From Antedon mediterranea (lineage: Eukaryota > Animalia > Echinodermata): a DNA stretch of 64,000 nt. Within the stretch, counting starts at the first letter, position 1; each line of letters begins with the position of its first letter. The DNA is taken from contig NC_092670.1 of NCBI RefSeq assembly GCF_964355755.1, positions 18,648,795 through 18,712,794 on the forward strand, written 5' to 3'. Positions 48,601 through 60,600 of the stretch are shown in pieces. The translations under genes and the position numbers were made by a program. Below the pieces are notes generated by a model, which was given only the letters and a program-made list of their open reading frames with translations, had not been told where the DNA came from and searched no databases.

Positions 48601-51600
48601 ATAGAGGGCGACAAACATGTAACTTTTTTTTATATAAAATTTTTCTTCTATGTTGAAATTCCTTTATACATTTTTGTACCCCTCGGATAATAATACCTAC
48701 TGTTTAACATCCTACATTGTAGTGCCATGACACACAGTTATATAGAACAGTTTTATCTGAAATTTTTCAACAAACGTTGTAATGCCCTTCACATTTTCAA
48801 CTGCAGTCTTATTATTGTGTCACCCTTGGCTCTTAACTCAACTTAAAATCTTACTAATTATTACACTGAATCCTAACCTTGGTATCCAAAGTTATTTTCT
48901 CTTCTGCCAAGAATGTTTAATTATTAAAATGCGTCATACTTTTACATAGATGCCAAATCTTAAACTCAAATTCTTGGTAAACTGCCCTGGGGATTCTTGT
49001 TTCCTGATTTCTTTATTACAAAGCCTGTCGTAATGAAAGTCTGGTGCCTGTGTAATTAATTATTAATCAAATGAACATTGATATTATTTACTTATTAAAG
49101 TATTATATGGACATAGTTTTGCAATACATTATACAGTATGTCAATCAAAATCCACTTGTGCACCAAAAAATACCATATTATCAATTCCAATTCAACTTTC
49201 ATTTCAGACAAACTATCCATTTGATGCATAAACAAAAGAAAAGAAATACATTGGTTTCCATAACAACCATTAACAAAAAAGATGATTAAAAATTATCTGT
49301 TATTTTAACATATACTGTTGTACAGTAGAGCCTCCATTTATAATGCATTTATTTATTTATTTTCAATTTCTCCAACTTTTTTAATGCCTTTCCACATTTG
49401 CATAAACAAATGAAAAGAAATATGCCGTATTAGATTCCATTACAATCATTAACAAATTAGAGAATCACGAGTTTCTGTTTACATAATACTGTGGTAGAGC
49501 CTCTCTCCAATTATAATACATTTATTTATTTATTTTTAATTTCACCAATTTTGTAATGCCTTTCCATCTTACAGAGTGCTATAGCAGAATAAAAAAATTA
49601 AGCTTTATTTAACGAGGGCAACTGCCAAAGCTATTGCATGCATACTGCACATAATAAATAATAAGAAAACTAAATAATAAAAATAGGCCTATAGATATGA
49701 TAAAAAAAAGGAATATCTTTTCACATTCTATCCTTAAACTCCTACTGAACTAATCAAAGTAATGCGATTACAGGTTATAGTAAGATAAGACTGTAGCAAC
49801 ACGTAAACTATACTCCTCATTGCGTTAAGTTGGGGAATTGAACAACTATCATTTGATTTGACTTATTTCCTTTCATTTCACCAACTTTAGCAATTGCCTC
49901 GTTTTCGTAAATCAATTGTTTCCTTTTTATATTAGTAATTTGACAGGCCGAAGCACTAGTTGAACAAAGCACAAGTTCAGCTATTGAGGATGCTTGCCAA
50001 ATGTTTGTTCTTGGAATGAACCAATTATGTATTAAAAACTCCTATGTAAATGACAATAAGATTCCTGGTACAGCTGTGTAATGATAATTCTATATGAGGC
50101 CTATACTAGGATTTGGTATAAATAAATTTGGCTAATAAATCAAACTTTCTGTATCTTCACATGGCATTATCTTCACTAGTATGTTAAACGTTTTAATTAG
50201 AAATTCCATTATTTTTTTTTTATTTTAAAAATAAATTAAAGAATTTTATGTTTACTTAATAATGACTCTTTTTAAATTTTTATCTTTCTGACCTTTTTCA
50301 TTTTTGCCTTTCTATTGACATTTTTATATTTATTCTTTATTGAATATATTTTTTACAATTACATGTAATGTTTTTATGTCGTATTGTTGAGGGCCCCTCA
50401 AAATCAGCTTCCACTGGCTGGCTGGGTCACCCTCTTGAAATATGGTTGAATAAATAATAAATAAATAGTCAAATTCTGTAATACAGTGTCACATGTGTAT
50501 CACATAACCAGGTATTATGTTAAGGTTACGTTGACTATGGCATATGATAGAGGCATCACATGTGATACATATGTTACACTGTATTACAGAATTTGCCTAT
50601 GATACTAGACCAATTATAGATACAATACCGAGAATCTACTACCTTATTAATTATTATAGCAAATATCTTACTATTTCTATATATTTTCTTTTGTAGAAAT
50701 GGCAACGGCGCTGCTTTATCCTCTACGAAAATGGAGAACTTTGTTATGCACTTGACGATAATGTAAGTTCATTTTAAATACAGTATAATTTTAAAAAGTT
50801 ATGTATGTAAATTAGGAAGAAGAATTATCAGACTTGATTGTATATTATCCAGGTTAATTCCCTAAAACGAAAGTTTGAACTATCAGACAATTGACAAAAT
50901 CTGCATAATCCTGGTTTAGTAGTTTTCTGAAGGTAAATCTGTCTGAATGATCCTTCTATCATGAAATAAATCTGTCTCAGCTAAAATGGAATGGTCCTCT
51001 GTGGATGGATCAGTGTATCTGGAGGAGTGTACACCTGATGGAATGCTCCATCAGTAGGCTATGTTAAATGGAATAGTCTATCTATATGGACGAGCATGTT
51101 TCTATGTAAGGCTGAATGGAACTATACTTCCATAATGGAATCATGGAGATATTCTCTATGATGGAATACACCTGTCTACAAGCTAAATGGAACGGTCCTT
51201 CTGTGATAGAACAATAGTGTCGTTGCTGCGTAACACTACAAGTTCCGTTGTCCATTTATTAACTACGGCTTTGTAGAAAGATTTGGTAATTAAAGTTTAC
51301 AAAAGAAAAGGAAGACGCCATTGATTTTTCCGATGTCAAAATGACAAATGAATAGGTTGCATTATGTATAATACTTGACCCCAAAAAATGACAGATTTTC
51401 GGGTGTTTTCAATCCTTTACTATGTGTCTTATCATTGTCAGACTAGCATAGTTAACGTGCAGGCTTCTTAGATTTTTCTGTCATTAAACCGAAGGATTTA
51501 AACTTTCATAATGATTGTGGTGCTTGTTGGTACAAAACAGGTTTGTGATATTTTGTTTCAGAAATAATTTCATGAATCGGAAAGATCGTCTAGTTTCGTT

Positions 51601-54600
51601 TAATACACTTGGCGTATAATATTTCATTTCAGTTTGTTTTTCTTTCTGTTTTGTTACAACATTAACAATAGCTAGCTTACAGACAAACTTGTGCTAAAGC
51701 CAAGACCTTATGTTACGTATTGAAACCCTTTCAACAAGATTCTTTAACATCGAGTCACTTGCACAATTTTTGTTTGTTAAAACTGAAATATACAGTAAAA
51801 AGGTAAAGGTGTAAATTATTGAATTTCTGTTTGCTGTATACTAAATCATTCACTGTAACGTTTGTACTCTCAAAAGGGGGACTTCAGGTCAAAAGTCAAA
51901 ATAAAAATGTGTGTACCATTCATGTTGAGTACAATATGTATACACTTTGGAAAAACTCTTGCAAAAGGAACAATTTCAATCTTTGCACAATTTCAACCTC
52001 AGCACTATAGGAAAGTCTTTGGTTTTATTATTAGGCAGCACTGTTTATTTAGAAATAGTTATTTTACATAGTACTAATATAAGTTATAACCCTCTGTCTT
52101 TTGAAACTAAAACTGAAATTATTACAAGAATAAATCGCTTGAGTCTTAACCTTTGAATCAGTTTAAATGCCTCTTCCTCTTTTGACCGCTATCGGACATT
52201 GCCCTCATATGGTATTTAGACATTTAGAAAAAGTGATAATTTAGCCTTGTATTTGCATGTGATTTTGATATGTTATTCAACCACAATAGAATGGGACGTG
52301 TTAATATCAAGTAATATTTTAGTTCTTTCTATTGAATTTGCTTAATTTGAAAGTGATATGTTACATTAATAAATCTATTATTATATATTTGAAAAATAAA
52401 GCAGGATGTTATATATTGTGATAATAATTTTCATAAACCAAAAATGTACTGATAATTATTATTACACAGTAAACTTTATACCTGTGAGTTCTTGCGCTTG
52501 GAATTAAACATTAAAACTATGTTTACTATTATTTGTCTATTGGCATGCAGTAAATACAGTCAACTTATTCTGGATTCAAAGGTGTTTGGTCTAATGTGTA
52601 TAAAATCTATCAAGAGTTAAGCTTGGTTCCCACTAGAACGTAACGCAAGGACGTAAACGCAACGCAAGCGTTTTAACCAATGACAAGCGAAGTTATAGGC
52701 AGTTAGCAATCACAAGCGAATAAGCCATTGCTTGTGATTGGTCAATTCACTTGCGTTGCGTTACGTCCTTGTGTTGCGTCGCCAGTGGGAACCACGCATT
52801 ATCGAAGGTACACCTGAGTTAACAACACAGAGCTAAATAGAGTCATGGCAGCATTTTTTTTATAAAGCATCATTGAATGAAGAAAGAACAATAATTAAAA
52901 CTATGTTTTTGGAAGAAATATTTCTTGTTTAATTATTTCTATGTGTGGATCTCAGTGTGCAGGGTACTGTGGTGGTATTCAGAAATTTACTAAAACAGAA
53001 TAAGAAACTGAACTGTACAAAGACGAGTGCATTTACTTAAAGGACAACTTGACCGAGGACCATATTTATTAGGGATGTACATATGATTTCAGAACAATCG
53101 CAAGATTAAGGATATCGCCGCACGCATTCGCTGTACAGCCGTCGCCGTAAATTGCTGTGACGTCACAGGTGCATCGCAAAATCTACTTAATGAGTCCAGA
53201 TAAGCAAAAGAAACAGTTAAAAAAATCAACATTTATGTTTTTTACGAGTGTGTTTAAATTACTAGAAATTTTCGCGATTTGCCAGAAAACCCTTTATGTA
53301 AATTTTGCAAGGTAAATCACTAAATATATAAAATATGGTCCTCGGTCAAGTTGTCCTTTAATACCATTTTTAACCATTTAAACCACTATCCCTAAGCATC
53401 CACTCAATGTTCATCTAAGTATTTTCATCTATCCTTGTCGGTAGACGTACAGTATCTAAATTACCTATCTACGATAAAGGTCATTTATATGCAATTATAT
53501 GGAAATAATATAATTTGAATGAAAAACAAATCAATTGTTGGATTGGTTGATGATATCAATTGATATCATGTGTGTTTTGCTCTTTAATTGCTCCTGGTAA
53601 CACTGTCTTCTGAAGAACAAAATTGCTTAGAAACTATAATTACATAGCAACCAGTTACTTATTAACAGCGACAAATTAGATTGGTTATTTTACTGTCACT
53701 ATTAAGAAACTATCAAGTATCATTAAGCTATTGGTTACTAACTAAAGTAGTTTTTAAAACCTGCCAAACTGGAGATTGTCTTATGGCCTTTTGAGCGTTT
53801 ATGGCTTTATTAGATCCAGACATGTCATCAAGGAAATTGTTGCCTTGCCTTACTTGCTCTGTTAATGACCATTTAGAATATATTTCAGTTTTTATAACTC
53901 ATTTTCAAATATAGTCCTAATGATGACATACTGTAGTTTGTGCTTGTTTTAACTATTTTAAGGTGAAAAGTCCTATTATTTTTGCCTGGCCATATGAGTT
54001 CAAGCTTCATTAATTATTAATTAAAAATTAGATATTGAATTTTCAACAAGCATTTCATCTCTCCTTCTCTTGATATTTTTATTGGCTATAACTGCATACT
54101 TTCATTCTAACAGCCTGTACTCAATAAATCTTTACCGTTGATACTTTTACAGCATATTCTCACCATTAAAAAGTATACACAATATTATCAGAGGATGGGA
54201 GATTAATGGTAGAATGGTCAAGAATAGAACTAGCCTTTGGTAGTATAAACTGCAATGCGCTTTATAGCAGAGCCTTTATGTTCGCTTCAAATTTAATAAC
54301 CTAACTACAAAAGTACAGGTGAAAGAAGGTGAACATTTGTGTAAAAATGTTAACACCTTGAAGGAAAAAGGAAAGTTGAACAGTTCAAAATAAAGATAGA
54401 ATGGAGATAAAGAGGGCAACAGGAAGGAAAAGAATGGTGATTGTGAATAGATGGAAAGACCAAATAGTAGAGGATCTAGGATTATGAAATAGGAGGGGAC
54501 ACCCAGGGACTAAAAATGTTCAAATGAAGTGTTGAACCGAACCTAGTGTATCATTTGCAATGTAAATTTAGAAATTTCTGTAACGGTGCCGGTCTTTAGT

Positions 54601-57600
54601 TTCTTTACGAGCGCGACCAGCAGACATTTTGTACTTTGTCTGTAACTATATTCTATATTAAGTAGAGTCAACTCTCTCACTACCGGACACCTTTAGCCTG
54701 GCCAAATTTATCTGGTTTTTCCAGGAGGTCTGGTATTCAGAATGTGCTTTTAATGGTAAAGAGCAATTTGGAACCTTTTGGAAAATCTGGTTTTGGGAGA
54801 GTTTCCGGTTTTCAGAGAATCCGGTATTGGGAAAGTTGACTGTATTTATGACATGGCATGTATAGTATACCATACGTATTTTTCTTTGGCCAAACGCTTA
54901 TTTATAACCTACAGTATAACAACATGATAAAAATTTAAAAAATTGAGTTGTTCATATCCCATTGCTATGTTTACTAGTCGCTGCAGTGCGTCATATCCCA
55001 TTGCCAGGTGCTCATTGAAACTGTTCATATTTACCACCCGATTACCCTGACAACAAAGCAGAAATAATACTAAATATTCAATAAACACTGCTCAGCTAAA
55101 ACCAAAACAATACCAAGCCCACAGTCAACTTGCCTTTCATTTGCACCCAGTAGGGAAGCTTTGAATCTAGCTCGTAAATGTTTTTTATGACCAGTCAAGT
55201 TGAAAATCACTTGTTAGTTTATATGGCGAAAGTTCATGACTGTTAAACTTTAACTAGTCATATAGTTTTAAGAAACTCCCAAGTAATAAATGAATTGGTT
55301 TGTTTATATTCTAGGTAAACATCCCACTTTCAAACATCTGCTGCATTTTGTTTTAACGTTTTATTTTAATACGGACAAATGCTTATTATTGCTAATATTA
55401 AAGTACATATCTGTAAATAATAAACCTAGACATGTTCACTACATTACTTGTTAATTTTTACATAATTGATGTTTGGTTAAATTTTCAGTTTCGGATATTT
55501 CTAGGACTGCTTAATACATTTATAGCAAGTTGTTTTTGACGCCTGTCATTCCTTGAAAACAATATGTTTATTTATTAATTTCATAAATATATTTGCCTAC
55601 ATTAATTTTGGCAACAATTTTTCTATGCTTCTCAGAAAACGTAATAACAAAGTTAACACATTATTTTGGTTGCACTTACTGTACTGACGTACCTTTTTAC
55701 TAGCGAATTACTGCATGGTTTTAGTCACAGATCTTTGTTTTAAATATATAAATGAAATCAAATTCTGATCCTTTTCTAGGTCCTTGTGTTGATATTATTC
55801 TTTGTGATGCTCTAATTGGTACTCAATGACAATAATATTTGTTTTATATCTATTTTAAGATTGTTTCTCTGCATTATATATTTTATTGTTATTATGAAAT
55901 GAAGCAAGTTGTGGCTTGGTGGTTATGATGCTTGGCTACCATTCCAAGGGTCCTGTGTTCAAGTCCTGTCAGGATTTTTCTAAGGACAAAATTACAACTC
56001 CACTCCCAAAGACTTGTAATAAGACTTTGTTTAATATGTAGAGCATCTTGTGTATATGTTTGTCTTGTGAACCTCTGAGGGTCCATAATGATTAGCAATT
56101 GCTGGATGGATCACCCTCAATAAATATGGTTAAAAAAAAAAAAAGTTGTGATGCTTTATAGTTAATATTGCAGTGCTGTAACTCATAGTTAGGATGCCAT
56201 ATGTTAAAGCAGGGAGATGTAAAAAGTTAAAGTGATGCCTTTATCTACAGTATATATAGGATGTTCCATTGTCAGATGGGACATTTCAACAAAAAATTCT
56301 TTTCATATCATATTGTTATCTCACTTGAGATAGAAGGACTAATGTTGGTTTATCTAGGTAGGTAAGCAGCACTCGTTAGACTACTACTCGATTGAATTTC
56401 TAATTTTATTAATTTCTAAAATAGAAAAAGAATCATTTATCTCTTCATTTCCAACAAAAAATCACCTTGATTGGTTGATACTTTATTAGTTGTTGACTGA
56501 TGTCCCTATTTCTCTTATAAATTATTGATCAAATGAATTCCTAATTTAATTAAATTAGAATTTAATTTATGAAATAAAAATAGAATCTCTCTTTCAAATA
56601 ATTGTCTTATTTCCAAGTACTGTAAAAAATGTTTTAAAACACCTTGATTGGTTGATACTTTATTAGTTGACTGATGTCTCTACCTATATGGGCACATATT
56701 TTACATTGTCTCTTATAAATTATTGATCGATTGAATTCCTAATTTAATTAAATTAAGTTAAAAATAGAATCTGTCTTTCAAAACATTGCCTAATTTCCAA
56801 ATAGAATACTTCAAAACACCTTGATTAGTTGATATTTTTTTTATGTTACATTTTCTCTTTCTAAATTATTTATTGAATTCTTAATTTAATTAAATGAAAT
56901 TATATACAATCTTTCAAAACATCATTGCCTTATTTCCAAATAGAATACTTAAAAAACCAGGAGTTAATTCCAGAACTCCTTGATTGGTTATTAATCTATT
57001 GAGTTCCTAAATAAATTAAATTTATGAATGCAGAATCCAGCTTTCAAAGCATCACCCCATTTCAAAATACTTATTTTTAAAAAATCACCCCATTTTAAAA
57101 GGATCCTTTGAAAACACCTTTCTTCATTCTTTCACAGCATCTTCCTTTCATTGACAGATTGCATGAATACATCTTAAATATTTGTTCTGTAGTAGTCATT
57201 TATCCCCTACAGCATCAAGAAGAAACTATTCTTATGTTAATATTGACTATATTGTTCTGTCCCCCCTGTGAACCAAATACACAAATAAAACGATAAATTA
57301 CAAGTCTTAGAAACCATGAATTAGTGTTCCAGTTATTAAAAGTCATTAATGGTCACTGTACTGTTTGTACTGAATTATGAAAGTCTAATGGTTTCCGTTT
57401 GGTCCAAAATTTGTACGTTCCTCGAGTGATATGTCCAAATAGTGATCTGCCTAAATATATGCTAGTGATATTACATCGTGTTCATATATGGGCATATCAC
57501 ATTTTTTGTCACATAAAGTTTGATAGTGTAGACAAAGCCTTACACTATTACAGTCTTTGGGTTGTATGCCAGAAAGATCCCAGTCATTGTAGATGTTTGT

Positions 57601-60600
57601 GAATTGTCTCCCAGTCATTGTAGATGTTTGTGAATTGTCTCCCAGTCATTGTAGATGTTTGTGAATTGTCTCCAAAGTATATTAAAAGAACCCCAATGAG
57701 AGTACTTATGGACTTTATGAATTTCTTTTATTTATTTATTTTCCCATCCAACATGAAATACATACAAAATATACTCAACTAATGTATTGAAACATACAGA
57801 AATGATTGCTAAAAATATCGTAACTGTGGATTCCTTAAAGCAAAAGAATAATAAGTTTGACTTAATCTAATAATAAAACCATTTTTAAGTCATTATTCAT
57901 AGGACTTGGGACTTGTCACTTGTCCTCGTTGTACACTATGCCTGAATAAATAAAGCATTGAATGAGTGGACTGATAGTTATTTTGGCACTGTTGTTTGGT
58001 TATTGTTTATTTACTGATCCATGTGGGAGTTGATGTGGGTTGTAGATTCCTACTGATACATAGAATATGAGAAATATGTATGATTAATCAGTTTAAATAA
58101 GATAGTTGAAATATGTATGATGGCACAGTAGAACCCATCATTTGGGACACTCTTATTCAGGGGACACTCTTATTCAAGGGACACTCTTATTCAGGGGACA
58201 CTCTTATTCAAGGGACACTCTTATTCAGGGGACACTCTTATTCAAGGGACACTCTTATTCAAGGGACACTCTTATTCAGGAGACACTCTTATTCAAGGGA
58301 CACTCTTATTCAGGGGACACTCTTATTCAGGGGACACTCTTATTCAGCAGACACTCTTATTCAAGGGACACTCTTATTCATGGGACACTCTTATTCAGGA
58401 GACACTCTTATTCAGGAGACACTCTTATTCAGGAGACACTCTTATGGGTCATTCCATCTCAGATCACCCAATGACTTAAACCCTACCTCTTCCAATTTTG
58501 ATGAAATTTGGTATATGGGTAATTCATAGCAATTAAAGCCAAAATTTCAAATTTTAACTTTATCGGACCAACGGTTTTCAAGATATCGCAATTTCAATTT
58601 TCGGTTTTTACGCAAAAAAGGGCGCGTCCGCCACGTTTCAAAGAGCTGTATCTCGGGAACTATAGGTTCGATTTTAAAAGCAAAGGTATTTTTGTAAAGG
58701 GGAGACCATAAGGAATCTAAATATACTAATTGTGTGTGTTTTATGTTAATATTAAGTTGAATAAAACTTTGACATATATTTTGACCTTGAAATTTCTCCC
58801 GTGGAACACGCCCGTTTTGTTGGTGACTATCATGAAAAATGTAGCCCTACGTGTCAACTACAACATATAAAAAAATTGGAGGGGTTTTTTTCTTTGTTTC
58901 CATGAAATTACAATTTGAAGTTTACATACCTCTTCCTTTTAGTGTATTTTTGGTGTCTGTCCATGCATTACTTCAATGTCAATTTGATGTATTCCAAAAT
59001 TAATTTTATTTACAAACTAAATATTATTATAATGTTACAATTGTCTATGTCTGGCCTTTACTCTTTGTCATCTGGACAATTCAAACAGTATTTAGAAATG
59101 TTGTGGCGATCATTTTGGGAAATACTGTAATTCCTAGTCGAAGCGGATTTTATAAACGGAGAGGCTATAATACAATGTACATTTGATTCAGGAATCCAAC
59201 AACAGTCTTCTTTGGACGGCCAATAAAAGGTTTTCGCTGACCCATGAGGATGCATAAATTTAATTTGAAAATCCCCAAACTCTTCTGCGAGTGAGACATC
59301 CACCACCAAACCAATCCATGGGACACCATCATAACTACAGCACACAAAATTCTGAATTCTAATAATGGTGGGTTGTGTATCAGCAACAATTTCATTTTCA
59401 TCACTGAAAGATTCTTGAATCACTACCACATCCGGAGGGTTTATCTGGGTACTTTGTAGACCTGCATCTGTGCCAGAGAAACGGGAACAAAGCGATGATA
59501 TTGTAATGTACCCTTGATGGTCTGGGCGAGGTTGAATCTCGGCTTTATTTCTTTTTCCACAGTAGATACCTCATCTATTCCCACATGAAAAAAGTTGATG
59601 CCTGGAATGTCCATATGAGCGAGTCATATGGCCGAGCGGTTAAGGCAGGGGCGCCGTTTACCGTACCTAAAAGAGCCAACAACAACATCGGCAAGGGTTC
59701 GAGGCCGACTCGCTCCGTTCTGGTGGTGGAACAAGTCTTCTCGGATAAGGACTATAAACCGTAGGTCCAGTGTACACAGTTATAACATGTGTGTACTTTA
59801 AAGAACCCAGTTCATTATTCGAAAAAGAGTAGGGGGTTACCCCGGTGAACTGGTTCACACAATAGCCCCTGTATCAGGGGGATTACCACCTATCTGATAG
59901 GACAGTGATTAATTCACCATTGATAATCCTTGGCCACATTGCCTAAAGACATAAAATAAAAATAAAAAATTACACAGTAGTCGAACATACTGAGAGATGT
60001 GATAATATGACATTCAGTCAAACACTGTAAGCTTCTCTTAGTGACGAGCCTCTTAACTGTTCCACCTATGCCATCAAACGCACTCTTGCCATGTGATGTA
60101 GCGAAAAAATTCCACTCGGCGTCTAAACCAAAATCTTCCTGGTGGTGGCAAAGGTTAATAAAGTTATATTTGTTTTTGTATTGGCCGCCACATCCATCTG
60201 TGAAATAATGAACTTTTTTCATGGTTGGTAGTTTTGTTTTTATATAGGGGATGACAACCTTTAAAAAGACCTATACAGTTAACTGTTGTATGTTCTCTGC
60301 AATCACTTATTATGCATATGTTAATGTGCATAATAACATAGTAAGGACACTAAACTATGTGTCAAAATTGATTTGAAAAGTATGTGAGTTACCCAGTATT
60401 TCTCATATCAAAATATATCTACTGTTTAAGTGGGCCTGATGAGAAAGCGTAACAATAAGACACCTTAACAGTTAGTGTTCACACTGTGTATAAAGTATAA
60501 CAACACCAAAAATACACTAAAAGGAAGAGGTATGTCAACTTCAAATTGTAATTTCATGGAAACAAACAAAAAAACCCCTCCAATTTTTTTATATGTTGTA

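Noticed and set aside
59617-59720. tRNA gene
   Set aside because: No canonical anticodon arm, and it continues into a SINE body and tail
60435-60455. CTGATGAGAAAG hammerhead-like core
   Set aside because: No stem II between the boxes and no stem I/III pairing
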